Of a DNA stretch of 51,153 nucleotides, positions 22,896 to 32,917 are shown one piece after another. This DNA is from a virus. Where the stretch lies: the IMG/VR virus record IMGVR_UViG_3300045391_005781. One strand, written 5' to 3'. Both the position numbers and the translations under genes were made by a program. Each line of letters begins with the position of its first letter. The first letter of the stretch is position 1. The notes under the pieces are model-generated. The model was not told the DNA's origin, ran no database searches, and saw only the letters and a list, made by a program, of their open reading frames with translations.

Positions 22896-25139
22896 TTATT
22901 CTTCTGTTTCGGAAGATTCTCCTAAAGATCCTTCCTGTTTACGTATAGCCGGAAGGATTTGTTTTAAGTAAATCTGTCTCATTTCTGTTTGGTGTTTAGC
23001 AGCATCTTTTAGTTTGTTCTGCTGGCGAGCAAGTGCAAATTTAGCTGCGGCATCGGTGTATTTTTGATTGGCAGCAAGACGGGATAAAAGATTAATTCCT
23101 GCTGTTGTTGCGGCTGTTCCTAACAATTGTCCGGTGCCTACCCCAATACCTAATATTCCATACATCATATTGCCAATTCTTTTAAAATCTTCCTGAGCTA
23201 AGGCAGTACCACTGGGATTTGCTGCTTGCTTTCCAGATTTAATGAATTGTTGAGAAATCTTTGCGAGTTTATTCATGTCTTCAAAAGAGTGTTCTCCCAT
23301 CAATGCTTTTAAAAGAGGTTTATGCCTAGATTTGTTCTCAAACATTTGAGCTAATTTTGCATAACTTATCCCACCTTCTCCCACTTTTAAAGCATCATGG
23401 ATATATTCTTCTGCTTTAGCGCGTTTTAAAGACTGCATAACTTGTTTTGCGGCAGGAGATGTTCCTAAAATTCTTGATAATTCATTAATATTTTGTGGAG
23501 AGGTCATATAATTAAAGGCTTCTTTCGGCATTTGGCCTTTATATAAAGATTCAGCAAAATCAGATCTTACACGATCAGCTATTTCTTGTTTATAAAATGA
23601 ATTAGCTGCGCGCCAATTGTTGAGGAATTCTTTGTTTTTTGTGGATGAAATATCTTTATCCAAGGCGCTAATTAAAGAAGTCATAAAACCTTTAGCTCCT
23701 CTTGCCTCTTCTCCATATTGGATATCACGCATAAAAGCTGAGCGTTGTTGGATTAATTTATCTAATGAAATTTCCGATGGAACTGATTTTAAAGATTCCA
23801 AATATTTATTTATTTCTTCTTGAGCGTTTTTTCCTAATCTTTCATCAATCTTAAGTTTTTGGGAACCTAATCCCCAAGCTTCGCTTAATTCAGCCAATCT
23901 TTTTAATACAAATTTCATATCAGAAGAAGGAACGTCAGCTGAGAGTTTGCCCTTTAGTTCTTTAATTGTGTCTAAAGTATGAGTTGGAACTACTTTATCA
24001 TTTGAGGTTAAATATTCTCTTGTTTTATCATATAATTTATTTGCTTTTGAAGAAATTTCTGCTTCTTCTTGCTTCAGTTTCTGAAAATAATCTCTTGAGG
24101 CTGTTTCTTTACCAATATTCTCTGGAGCAATAGATTCAATTTTATCTTTGATTAAATCAATCATTTTTTGATCAGCAGCTTGGATGCCTTTTTTATATTT
24201 TTCACTGCTAAAGATAGATTTAAAAACTGAGTTTGCTAAAAAGTTAGAAATATAACTATCTAGCTTTACATTAAAAGGAATATCAACACCAAGATCTTTT
24301 GCCGCTTTTAAAACATTTTCATTTGGCTTTGCTAAAAGTGATAATGCGCGTCCAACTGTCTCTTCCCCAACAGATGATTTACCAGTTAAAACATCCTTGG
24401 CGGATTTCCCAACTCCTTTTGCAAAAACTCCGGCTCCTTTTGCTGCGGCTTGAGTAAAACCACTGGCACCAATTCCTGCTCCTAATGCAGCTAAAGGATT
24501 AATACCCTCTTCTTCTAATGCTGATAAAGTAGCTCCTGTGGCTGCCGCTCCTGCAAGTTCTGTTGGCTTTGTAGTTCCAATAGTCCCCAAAACTTTCTCT
24601 CCTGTTTTCTGACCAACTTTCCCGAGCGCTTTAGCAGCTCCACCTGGCCCTGCAAGAGCGCCTGTAAATTTAGCTGCTTCATATTGGTGTTTAATGTCAT
24701 CAGGAGTTTTTGTGTATCCTCCAGTTGCTGTATCAATACTTTTCTCGATTGCTTCGGATGCTGATGGAATTAAGGGAAGTTCTTTCTGGCCTGAAACCTT
24801 TTCATAAAGCATACGAGCTAAAGAAGCTGGATCAAGATTAGCGCTTATAGCTAACATTGGATGTTTTTCTCCAAGCTGTTCACGAAGTTCAGCACTAGCA
24901 TTTGCAGCTTGAGCCGGAATATTATATGCCATTGCAGTTGTGTCCGGAATAGCACCAAGAGCACCAGAGGCCGCTCCTTTGCCTAAAACTGCTGCATGTT
25001 GAGGTAAAGATGTACCATGTTTAGGAACAATCACAGCGCCTCTTTGTTTTGCCTGCTCAACCTTATCTGACGCTATATTCCATATTTGACCATCAGGAGT
25101 CCGCATTTGAATCATAAATTCATTAGATTTTGGCTCCAT
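22896..25139 (-). CDS. Large internal virion/ejection protein (747 aa) with Gly/Ala-rich and C-terminal hydrophobic segments
   Basis: Last and largest gene of the virion operon. Contains GILGIGVGTGQLLGTAATTAGINLL. No tape-measure context. The call rests on position and composition. Confidence 0.55.
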   Translation of the reverse strand: MEPKSNEFMIQMRTPDGQIWNIASDKVEQAKQRGAVIVPKHGTSLPQHAAVLGKGAASGALGAIPDTTAMAYNIPAQAANASAELREQLGEKHPMLAISANLDPASLARMLYEKVSGQKELPLIPSASEAIEKSIDTATGGYTKTPDDIKHQYEAAKFTGALAGPGGAAKALGKVGQKTGEKVLGTIGTTKPTELAGAAATGATLSALEEEGINPLAALGAGIGASGFTQAAAKGAGVFAKGVGKSAKDVLTGKSSVGEETVGRALSLLAKPNENVLKAAKDLGVDIPFNVKLDSYISNFLANSVFKSIFSSEKYKKGIQAADQKMIDLIKDKIESIAPENIGKETASRDYFQKLKQEEAEISSKANKLYDKTREYLTSNDKVVPTHTLDTIKELKGKLSADVPSSDMKFVLKRLAELSEAWGLGSQKLKIDERLGKNAQEEINKYLESLKSVPSEISLDKLIQQRSAFMRDIQYGEEARGAKGFMTSLISALDKDISSTKNKEFLNNWRAANSFYKQEIADRVRSDFAESLYKGQMPKEAFNYMTSPQNINELSRILGTSPAAKQVMQSLKRAKAEEYIHDALKVGEGGISYAKLAQMFENKSRHKPLLKALMGEHSFEDMNKLAKISQQFIKSGKQAANPSGTALAQEDFKRIGNMMYGILGIGVGTGQLLGTAATTAGINLLSRLAANQKYTDAAAKFALARQQNKLKDAAKHQTEMRQIYLKQILPAIRKQEGSLGESSETEE

Positions 25140-25141
25140 AT

Positions 25142-26263
25142 TTATTCCTTGACTCCTAAATCAGAAAGATCATAAGGATTAGAATTTTCTGTATTTGATT
25201 TAGATTCTTCGTGTTGAATTTTGTCATTCTCATCTAACATTGGATAATAATTGCCAATGATGGCTTTTTCATAAACATTAGCTTTTCTAATATTATCTTG
25301 CGCTCTTTTTTCCCAAATATCTGATATTTTTTCAAAGCCTTTGGTTGTTAATTTTCCATGTGGAGCGGCTTGTTGAATTGCTTTTTTTAGCATATCTGTT
25401 GTGTTTCTTCCTTTTTGTCCCATAATTACATCAAGGTTTAAATCGGCAGATAATTTTTTTAAGATATCTACAGCAGCTAGTTTATTAGGATCAGATAATT
25501 CTCTCATGATTTGATTACGCCAAGATACATCGTTTTCATCATTGATAACATGCAAAAAACTTGTTCCAATATCTGGATATTGTTCAAATATGGTTTTCAT
25601 TTCTGCAATAGCTTCAAGAGCACGGTGATTAAATGGCACATTTTTTACATATTCTGAAGCCGTTGTTTCGAAATTTTCTCTAAATTTTTTAGGCAAAGAA
25701 GATAAAGGAACAGCTCCTTTTGAAGAAGAAATTTGTTCCTGTTGCTCGGGGTGGATTTCGTCAAGCTTCCTTTGCAATTGTTTTTCATGCAAATTCAAAT
25801 ATTTATTGCGATATGCTTTTTGTTCAGCAAATTGCGCTTCTCTATGTTTTCTTAATTCTTCCTGTTCTTTTTCCCTTTGCTGAAGCTCTAGCATATTCAA
25901 TGCCACTCTTTCTTGCATTTCACGTTGTTTGATAGCTTTATCCTGAAGATAGGCATTACGCTGCGCGATTCTTTGTTCCTCAGTCGTATAAGCATTCACA
26001 GCAGGCATAATACTTGCATTCAAAGCTGCTAAAGTTCCACCGAGTCCACTCCCATATCCTGGACGCGACATATTTGATCCTAAAGCTAACATAGCATGGC
26101 CAAATGCTCGTTGTTGCTGTTGGCGATCCATCTCTAGAGAATTGTTAGCTGCTTGAATTGCAGATTGTGTACCATTTAAAATGGGAGATTGATCAACTTC
26201 TTGGTTTTTTGCTTGCTCTAAATCAGATAAATTATGCAAATATTGCATAAGTATTGGGTCCAT
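25142..26263 (-). CDS. Internal virion protein, Gln/Glu-rich coiled coil (373 aa)
   Basis: ORF from the track; the call rests on position. Confidence 0.5.
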   Translation of the reverse strand: MDPILMQYLHNLSDLEQAKNQEVDQSPILNGTQSAIQAANNSLEMDRQQQQRAFGHAMLALGSNMSRPGYGSGLGGTLAALNASIMPAVNAYTTEEQRIAQRNAYLQDKAIKQREMQERVALNMLELQQREKEQEELRKHREAQFAEQKAYRNKYLNLHEKQLQRKLDEIHPEQQEQISSSKGAVPLSSLPKKFRENFETTASEYVKNVPFNHRALEAIAEMKTIFEQYPDIGTSFLHVINDENDVSWRNQIMRELSDPNKLAAVDILKKLSADLNLDVIMGQKGRNTTDMLKKAIQQAAPHGKLTTKGFEKISDIWEKRAQDNIRKANVYEKAIIGNYYPMLDENDKIQHEESKSNTENSNPYDLSDLGVKE

Positions 26264-27264
26264 TACAACATTCCTCTGGGTATATGATGCTCATTTTTCA
26301 TTTGGTGACGAGACATTGAATGAGATTTTTTATATTTATTATTAGACATAAATTTCAACTCAGATAACCCAAAAGGATGCTGCTTTATTCTTCGCGCAGG
26401 ACTTCCTCCTTTTTTAAACTGTCGAGGAATTTGAGAAGCTCCATATAACTGCGCAGCTAAAGATCCAACTTGCCCCGCTGTATTAACTTGAGGAACTAAT
26501 CCTCTTGGTACATAAAGTCCTTCTGAAGTTATTCCCTGATTTGGCAATCCATGCAATATGGCCGCATGTTGTTGTAACATTTGATGAGGATAATATGCTT
26601 GTCTTAAAAATTCAGATCTGTTCTCATTTGCTACATTTTGCCTATGTTGTTGACCAACTTGACCCGCATGCATTAAAGACTCAATATCTCCTAAATGAGA
26701 TGCTTGTGCATATCTCCCGAGTTCTGCAATATTTCGACCGGCTTCTGCGGCTCGCCCTGTTTCACGATGATGATGTTGTGCTCCCTGTTCATAACCTGAT
26801 GCTAAAAGCCTACCTTGTTCACGCAAAATTTGTTCTTGTAAATCTCTTGCGGCGCGAAGACGCAAATCATCATGGCGAGAACTTCTTTGTTGTCCTAATC
26901 CTACAAATTGCGCCTCTAATTGAGGTAGAATATTTTCCCTTAAGGTTCTTTCCCCCAATCGTGCTATATCATTAACAACAGCTTGTTGATAAGGATTCAT
27001 ATATTGTCGATATACATCACGAAAAGGTTGAGCCGCACCTGCCTGAAGATTTCTTGCTTGTTGAAAATATGGAGCAGTAACACCTGTTTGTCTTGATCTT
27101 TCAATAGCAGTTTGAGTCTCCGGAGAAAGAGGCGCGATAGTTTCTCCTCGATAATGCGCATAAGGAGTTTGCCGAAATGCTTCAGATATACCAGCTAATT
27201 CACGATACATAGCCTCCATCCATGGAGGCATTGTCTGTGAACTTATGCGAGTTTGTAACGGCAT
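26263..27264 (-). CDS. Internal virion protein (333 aa), Gln/Arg-rich, with a C-terminal basic tail carrying FKKGGS
   Basis: ORF from the track. Shares the basic-GG motif with neighbouring virion proteins. Confidence 0.5.
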   Translation of the reverse strand: MPLQTRISSQTMPPWMEAMYRELAGISEAFRQTPYAHYRGETIAPLSPETQTAIERSRQTGVTAPYFQQARNLQAGAAQPFRDVYRQYMNPYQQAVVNDIARLGERTLRENILPQLEAQFVGLGQQRSSRHDDLRLRAARDLQEQILREQGRLLASGYEQGAQHHHRETGRAAEAGRNIAELGRYAQASHLGDIESLMHAGQVGQQHRQNVANENRSEFLRQAYYPHQMLQQHAAILHGLPNQGITSEGLYVPRGLVPQVNTAGQVGSLAAQLYGASQIPRQFKKGGSPARRIKQHPFGLSELKFMSNNKYKKSHSMSRHQMKNEHHIPRGML

Positions 27265-27276
27265 AATGAAATCTCC

Positions 27277-28836
27277 TTATCTATGACGTTGTCTCATATA
27301 TGAACTTAAAGATTTTGCTTTTGGAGGTAATCCCTTAACACCTTTATGACGCATCACATTTTTTTGCAAAAGATCTAGTTTTTTAGCGCCATTTTGATTA
27401 TTCCCTTTACCCAATAATGATACTTGATGAGGTTCCACTCTATATTCTCCCTGTGAAACTTTTGCCGGAATTGATCGACGTGTATATCCTCCACTGTTAT
27501 GACGTTTATACTGACTTAATCCCATGGTATGTTCTAAATCATGGAAAAAACGATCAAGTTTTCGAGCTCCAGCCGCGCTATTTCCGTCTCCCAGATGTGA
27601 AACCGCCGTTGCATTTATAATATAAGAATTTTCTGGTAAATCCATTTCGACATCATCATCTTGCCCTCCAGAATCTCCATAAATATAACCGCCTTTGGCA
27701 AAACGAGGATTTACATCTCTAAAATATTTTTTATGATAACCAGCCTTTCGCCCCTCTGCTTCTTCTATATCATCAGGAACATCAAGTTGTTCTCTAATCA
27801 AAGGTCTTATAGGTCTTGGATATTGATCAGGTCTCCACATATCCGAAATCCCTCGAGGTCCAATTAATCTGTTAAATGCTTTTAATTCATTTTGAATATC
27901 CCCAACATTTGGTTCTGATTTATTAGGACGCATTTTTTCATTTCTCATCAACATTCCACCTAATGCAATAGGCAAAAGCCAACTTGACATGCCCCCCAAA
28001 CCTCCAAGTCCAGAAGATCCGAAAAAAGAAGATGTATCTTTTGATGCTCCTTGATTTACTCCCTGAGTTAAAGGTGCAAGTTCTTCTGTATAGATTGGAT
28101 TTCTTGATACAAGAGCATTTTCGCTTCCTCTTCCAAGCGCAGAACCAAATGACCTCATGGCATTTCCATATTGACCGCCACCTATTTGCTCCAGTCCTCG
28201 TCCTACATTTGTCATACCTAATCCAGACAATCCTTTACCTACCATAGGCAGCCCATACCCAACGCCAGCACCAACGCCTGCTCCACGCAAAGCCGCTTTA
28301 AATGGGCTTTTGCCTCTTGCCTGTCCACTTAGCGCTCCGGTCAATGCGCCTCCTAATGGAGCGCCAATACCTGGTAAAAGTGTATTTCCTGCTAAAGCGC
28401 CTGCTAAAGGAAGTGCTTTACGAAATATTCTTTTTAATTTCTTCCAGAATCCAAATTGAGGTAATCCAGTATACGGATTAATATCCATCCCATGTTCTAG
28501 ACCAAGTTCCATTGCTTCTTCAGGATTAATGTGAGCAAGAATCGTGTCATCTCCTTCACCTTCTTCCGATAAATAATCTGCCATTTCAGAAAGGTTTTGA
28601 GGATGAACTCTGCCACCGTGGGCATATCGCGCTTCTAATTGATTTGGATTGGTAAATGGAGCTTGAGGATTTAATTGTGGCGTTTGAGAGCTTGGATACA
28701 AAGGTGGCAACGATGCAATGGGAGAAGGATACATTGGCAATGGATTTTGATTCATTAAACCATATGCATATGGCATTTGATTTTGATTATTTAACATGTT
28801 GGGATTCAATCCCATATTCGGCATTTGATTAAACAT
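27277..28836 (-). CDS. Internal virion/ejection protein (519 aa from MFNQMPNMG...). It has an N/Q/P-rich N-terminus, a Gly-rich hydrophobic core and repeated x-GG motifs.
   Basis: The ATG is preceded by GGAGGG; the track start at 28854 is 6 codons upstream. Motifs seen: YAHGGRV, DDTILAHINPEEAMELG...NPYTGLPQF, ALPLAGALAGNTLLPGIGAPLGGALTGALSG and FAKGGYIY. Confidence 0.55.
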   Translation of the reverse strand: MFNQMPNMGLNPNMLNNQNQMPYAYGLMNQNPLPMYPSPIASLPPLYPSSQTPQLNPQAPFTNPNQLEARYAHGGRVHPQNLSEMADYLSEEGEGDDTILAHINPEEAMELGLEHGMDINPYTGLPQFGFWKKLKRIFRKALPLAGALAGNTLLPGIGAPLGGALTGALSGQARGKSPFKAALRGAGVGAGVGYGLPMVGKGLSGLGMTNVGRGLEQIGGGQYGNAMRSFGSALGRGSENALVSRNPIYTEELAPLTQGVNQGASKDTSSFFGSSGLGGLGGMSSWLLPIALGGMLMRNEKMRPNKSEPNVGDIQNELKAFNRLIGPRGISDMWRPDQYPRPIRPLIREQLDVPDDIEEAEGRKAGYHKKYFRDVNPRFAKGGYIYGDSGGQDDDVEMDLPENSYIINATAVSHLGDGNSAAGARKLDRFFHDLEHTMGLSQYKRHNSGGYTRRSIPAKVSQGEYRVEPHQVSLLGKGNNQNGAKKLDLLQKNVMRHKGVKGLPPKAKSLSSYMRQRHR

Positions 28837-29080
28837 TATCACCCTCCCCAGCATTACTATTTTGCATAAGTAAAAAAACTTTCATAGCCCATTCATCCCA
28901 TTTATCAAAATATTCTGTTGAAGGGATGTTATTTATATCAAAACTTTCCGATAATAATAATTCATTTCCCCATTGCTTCCAAGCTGATTCAGAAGTTAAT
29001 ATTGGAATATTATCATTAGGAAAATCTATTCTTAATGAAGCTGCCCAATACATAATATCAATTCCAACAGGTAAAATCAT
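28829..29080 (-). CDS. Small acidic hypothetical protein (83 aa)
   Basis: ORF from the track. Overlaps both neighbours, suggesting coupling. Confidence 0.5.
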   Translation of the reverse strand: MILPVGIDIMYWAASLRIDFPNDNIPILTSESAWKQWGNELLLSESFDINNIPSTEYFDKWDEWAMKVFLLMQNSNAGEGDNV

Positions 29081-30603
29081 TACGAAGCTCTCGCATCTCC
29101 TGTTCTGAAATAAAGAAGGACTTGGTTTATTTCGTAAAACCCTCCAACCGTATTGCTTTCAAATGTTAATGTCATTTCTCTTCCTTGTTCTCGCAAATCA
29201 ACTTTTGTCGTTGTTGGAGAAAAAGCAAAAGGTGTACTGGATGTCACATTTGACCTGGCATAAGGTTGAGTATTCACAGTTAAAGTCATATTACCATTTT
29301 GGATCATATCCGGCTCAAAACGATATATATCAAGCCAACGATCAGTCCCTCCCCATCCGCCCGCGGGATCTATAGCACACCATGAAATAGGCCCTGTCTG
29401 AATATAAGAATCTATTGCAGTTAAGACGCCTGCAATATTTTGATCAATCCCAGATTCATGCTGCCAAATACCGTAAGTTCCCCCTGTGGATTCGCTATCC
29501 GCCCAAATTGGATCTGCAAAAACCTGTTCAAAATATCCAATACCTCTTGCGAGAGAAGTATCATACCAAGTATTTTCTCTTTTATTATAAATTATAGAGA
29601 AATCACACACTGTATTTTGTCCACTTGGGAAATGAATCCAAATTTCACCATATTGAGGGATTTTTGTTGCCCAAACTTGTTGACGATATTGATAATTTAG
29701 TCCAGTTCCCGTTAAAGGATTATTATAAAAGAAATAGTTCAAATTCATCTGATTTGGAACTTCTTGAACAACACCATTATAAACTAAGAATCGATCAATT
29801 CCTGCCCAGAAATACAATCCATCATACTCAATGACAGAACGACTAGAAAGTATTGAACTCTGATTTGTTACTGTATCAAATTTAAATTCTAATCCTGATG
29901 CTGTATTTACAGTTGTGACACGAATTAAACTATCCAAACTCCACAAAAGACCAGCAGGGGCAGAATTTCCCCCTCTCATTGGCATGCCAGTTACAATTTT
30001 TTGAGAAGCTATAAAAGCTTGATTCAAAACAGTTGTTGGATCATTAGCATTTGAAATAATAACTTGACCTGCATTTCCAAACATAAACAAATATGGAGGA
30101 AATACAGAAATTCCCCCTGATACCATTTGTCCTGTTGGTTGCAACGGAGCAGTATCATAAACATTTCCATAATATATTGGTGTATTTACATTGTTTCCTA
30201 TAAATGAAGCATTTGGAGCAGCATGCGCAATAATAATATTTTGATTTGTTTTTGTATTATACATTTGATCAAATGTCCAAATATTATTTGGGTCGGCTAC
30301 AAATCCAACCGGCGTTCGATCTGTTAATCCTGTTAATGCATTACCAAATTGATCTATAGTGAAAACTTTAAGTGACTGATAATCTCCAACATAAACATCA
30401 AAATTCGGTGTATTGGGGATAACATATAATCCAGTTGGTTGATTAGCCAATCCACCAATTAATTGTTTATATCCTCCCATCTTTCGCGGCAATCCACGTT
30501 GAAAACGACACCATTGTCCATCGATATAAAATCTACTTGCAAATGGTGTTCCATCGCGCTTTATACCTGGTTGTGAAACTATCGGATAAAGTTTACCAGC
30601 CAT
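29080..30603 (-). CDS. Virion structural protein (507 aa), possible tail tubular/nozzle protein
   Basis: Beta-rich sequence. The N-terminus is PGIKRDGTPFASRFYIDGQWCRFQRGLPRKMGGY. It sits between the adaptor-like and ejection genes. Inferred from position. Confidence 0.45.
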   Translation of the reverse strand: MAGKLYPIVSQPGIKRDGTPFASRFYIDGQWCRFQRGLPRKMGGYKQLIGGLANQPTGLYVIPNTPNFDVYVGDYQSLKVFTIDQFGNALTGLTDRTPVGFVADPNNIWTFDQMYNTKTNQNIIIAHAAPNASFIGNNVNTPIYYGNVYDTAPLQPTGQMVSGGISVFPPYLFMFGNAGQVIISNANDPTTVLNQAFIASQKIVTGMPMRGGNSAPAGLLWSLDSLIRVTTVNTASGLEFKFDTVTNQSSILSSRSVIEYDGLYFWAGIDRFLVYNGVVQEVPNQMNLNYFFYNNPLTGTGLNYQYRQQVWATKIPQYGEIWIHFPSGQNTVCDFSIIYNKRENTWYDTSLARGIGYFEQVFADPIWADSESTGGTYGIWQHESGIDQNIAGVLTAIDSYIQTGPISWCAIDPAGGWGGTDRWLDIYRFEPDMIQNGNMTLTVNTQPYARSNVTSSTPFAFSPTTTKVDLREQGREMTLTFESNTVGGFYEINQVLLYFRTGDARAS

Positions 30604-30611
30604 CTGATGTC

Positions 30612-31247
30612 CTAATCTGCATCCCTACTGCTTGTTCTATCTGTTACTCTAAGATTATCTTGATTATTAATACTCTGAATCCCACGTTCATAATAGGATG
30701 TCCAAACAGGAACACGCTCATCATCTTTTAAAAAAGGAATAGCTTCTAATAATGTTGCATAAAGAAGAACATCTGGCGCATTATTGGTGATCCAATTTGT
30801 TTGATTGGTAACACCTAATGGTTGAGGAAGTTCCAGATATGCATATTCAAAAGGATATGTTTGATCAGGAGCTGGTCCCACTAATAAATGATCATATCCA
30901 TAATCTGAATAATAAACAGGAGGACCTTGTAATGTAGCATTATTACAATATTTTCTTATATAATCATATGTTCTTAAAAAGAGTTGATTAACCGTATTGT
31001 TTCCCGTTCCTGAACCAAAACTAAAGGTAATTGTTCGTCTCCATCGCGCTGGTTTTGCAAGTACAGGAACTCCAACAGTAAAATTTCCAGTCACATACTG
31101 CTCAAGACCAATATTTTTAGATTCGCGACAAATCCGTTGCTCTGCCTGATAAATAAAATTAGGCACTTCATTTTGAGTATCTGCGTCTGTCCGATCCAAA
31201 TAATCCATTACTTGATTTACAAGTGAAGTATATGTCATAGCAGGCAT
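30612..31247 (-). CDS. Head-tail adaptor/connector-like protein (211 aa)
   Basis: The N-terminus MTYTSLVNQVMDYLDRTDADTQNEVPNFIYQAEQRI resembles phage head-tail joining proteins. The call also rests on position. Confidence 0.4.
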   Translation of the reverse strand: MPAMTYTSLVNQVMDYLDRTDADTQNEVPNFIYQAEQRICRESKNIGLEQYVTGNFTVGVPVLAKPARWRRTITFSFGSGTGNNTVNQLFLRTYDYIRKYCNNATLQGPPVYYSDYGYDHLLVGPAPDQTYPFEYAYLELPQPLGVTNQTNWITNNAPDVLLYATLLEAIPFLKDDERVPVWTSYYERGIQSINNQDNLRVTDRTSSRDAD

Positions 31248-31447
31248 ATGTTATTTTCCTGTTTGCTTTTTTTGAGTTTTTTTATTATTTTTTTATTGTT
31301 TTTCTTATTTTTTTTCATTGCCGCTCTACATTTTTCAAAGCTGATCACGACAGCCTGTTTTTGCGGTTTACCTGCATGAATTTCTGTGCGAATGTTTTTT
31401 GAAATTCCCTTTTTTGAACAAGCTTTCTTTCCTGATACTAATGGCAT
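31235..31447 (-). CDS. Small very basic protein (70 aa)
   Basis: SKKGISKNIRTEIHAGKPQKQAVVISF followed by a poly-Lys tail. This pattern recurs in small phage virion-module proteins. Confidence 0.5.
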   Translation of the reverse strand: MPLVSGKKACSKKGISKNIRTEIHAGKPQKQAVVISFEKCRAAMKKNKKNNKKIIKKLKKSKQENNICLL

Positions 31448-31454
31448 AATTTAC

Positions 31455-32909
31455 CTACGAAGTTGAGTTGGTCGAACGATGATATTGGTATCTTACGACC
31501 CAGTTAATCGTTGTTGCCGCTATTCCTGTTACTTGAAGAACTAAGTTATTACTCGAAATCGCCCAGGCCGCAGCTACAGTAAATGATCCAGAATTCGTCA
31601 TAGTTATTGTAGGCGCCGTGCTAACGTTCGCCGTTGTAGTTCCGTTATACCAGGCTGCTGTAGTAGACGTCCCATATGCGGCGGAAGATCCTGCTGAATT
31701 TTCGCAACAAATCCAAACCGTACAAATCATACAAGGATCATTTGTTGTACCAACAGCTACAGAAAATACGTTTGCGGGTGTCGCATTAGTAGTTTGAACG
31801 CTTACTTGTCCCATATAACAATCAGTATTTGTCCAATTAGAAGTAATGCCTTTTTGCTGAAAAGTCCCAACAATATGAAGAATATTAGAAGGTGAACCTG
31901 TACCGATTCCCACATTCGTTGCTGTGGCTGTTTGCCCCAAAACAATTGCATTACTAACACCAACTGATGCATTATATCCAATTGCCGTCGCGTTACTTAA
32001 ACTGTTTGCGCTTGCATCAGCTCCAAATCCTAAAAATGTAGAATTAGTATATGTTGCCCGAGCCGCACCTGCGGTTGACCCAACCGCTGTATTTCCTGCT
32101 CCTGTATTTAAGGTTAAAGCATTATACCCAACGCTTGTTGTGTTACCATTTGTATCAATGGTTGCAGAAGCTCCTGCTCCCACTGCTGTATTTTGCGTTC
32201 CGGATGTATTGGCTTTAAGGCTTGTATTACCTACCGCCGTGTTATCATTACCTGTGTTCTCCAATAATGCTTGGTATCCTACAGCAGTTCCATTTGAGAA
32301 ATTTCCTGATATCCCTCCAGCAGCAGAGGTACCAATTAAACAATTTTGTGTACCAGTGGTGATTTTCCAGCCTGATCTATACCCAAAAGCACAATTGCTT
32401 GAACCTGTCGCAAGCTTTAAAGAACTATCTCCAAATGCACAGTTATTTGTTCCTGTAACTAAAGTAGTAAGAGCAGCAAATCCAAACGCCGAATTTGAGC
32501 CTGATCCATTTGAACTAGCCATTGCTGTTGAGCCGACGGCCGTGTTATTTGCAGCATTCGTCTCAGCCGCAAGGGCGGTATAGCCAATAGCAGTGCAATG
32601 AACAACGGAACTTGCAGCGCTAAGAGCGCTAATTCCTACTCCTGTATTAAATAAACCAGCAGCCCCAGTTGATGTTCCTATATAAAGATAGGATCCATTA
32701 TCTGAAATTTTGCTAGTCCAAGCAGGAGTGGTAGATGCCCCAGAAACAAGAATTTTATTAGCCGTAGCAGTACCTGAAAGAATTGCGCCTGCTGTTCCTG
32801 TGGAATAAAAAATACCTCCATTGCTGGCAGTCAGGTTTGCATTAGTCCCTCCTTTAGAAAGATCAAGAGATGGAAAGGTACCCGAATCTATTGAATTGTT
32901 TGAAGCCAT
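31455..32909 (-). CDS. Tail fibre/receptor-binding protein 2 (484 aa) with YadA-head (Hep_Hag)-like N-T-A-V-G repeats
   Basis: Starts directly with the junction module GGTNANLTASNGGIFYSTGTAGAILSGTATA, which is shared with the 567-aa fibre. It then has repeats NNTAVGSTAM, GTAVGYQAL, DNTAVGNTSL, QNTAVGAGA, GNTAVGSTAG and NATAIGYNAS. Confidence 0.7.
   Translation of the reverse strand: MASNNSIDSGTFPSLDLSKGGTNANLTASNGGIFYSTGTAGAILSGTATANKILVSGASTTPAWTSKISDNGSYLYIGTSTGAAGLFNTGVGISALSAASSVVHCTAIGYTALAAETNAANNTAVGSTAMASSNGSGSNSAFGFAALTTLVTGTNNCAFGDSSLKLATGSSNCAFGYRSGWKITTGTQNCLIGTSAAGGISGNFSNGTAVGYQALLENTGNDNTAVGNTSLKANTSGTQNTAVGAGASATIDTNGNTTSVGYNALTLNTGAGNTAVGSTAGAARATYTNSTFLGFGADASANSLSNATAIGYNASVGVSNAIVLGQTATATNVGIGTGSPSNILHIVGTFQQKGITSNWTNTDCYMGQVSVQTTNATPANVFSVAVGTTNDPCMICTVWICCENSAGSSAAYGTSTTAAWYNGTTTANVSTAPTITMTNSGSFTVAAAWAISSNNLVLQVTGIAATTINWVVRYQYHRSTNSTS
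32761..32829 (+). repeat. 69-nt block shared by the two adjacent fibre genes (63 nt perfect), copy 1
   Basis: agccgtagcagtacctgaaagaattgcgcctgctgttcctgtggaataaaaaatacctccatt is identical to 33560-33622. Confidence 0.9.
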
Positions 32910-32917
32910 TTATCCTC

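Noticed and set aside
24515-24736. Nested same-strand ORFs, for example 24515..24736 and 18870..19085
   Set aside because: They are alternative frames inside longer, better-supported genes (the 747-aa virion protein and the MFS transporter).
31924-32583. Long plus-strand ORFs inside the fibre, capsid and ejection genes: 31924..32583, 40815..41423, 26505..26975, 37066..37341, 37445..37816, 39951..40166, 33243..33482 and 37971..38186
   Set aside because: They lie antisense to much longer, motif-bearing minus-strand genes. Their translations are Val/Pro/Ala-rich low-complexity sequence. They are explained by the Thr/Ala/Gly/Asn codon bias of the sense strand, which depletes stops in the antisense frame.
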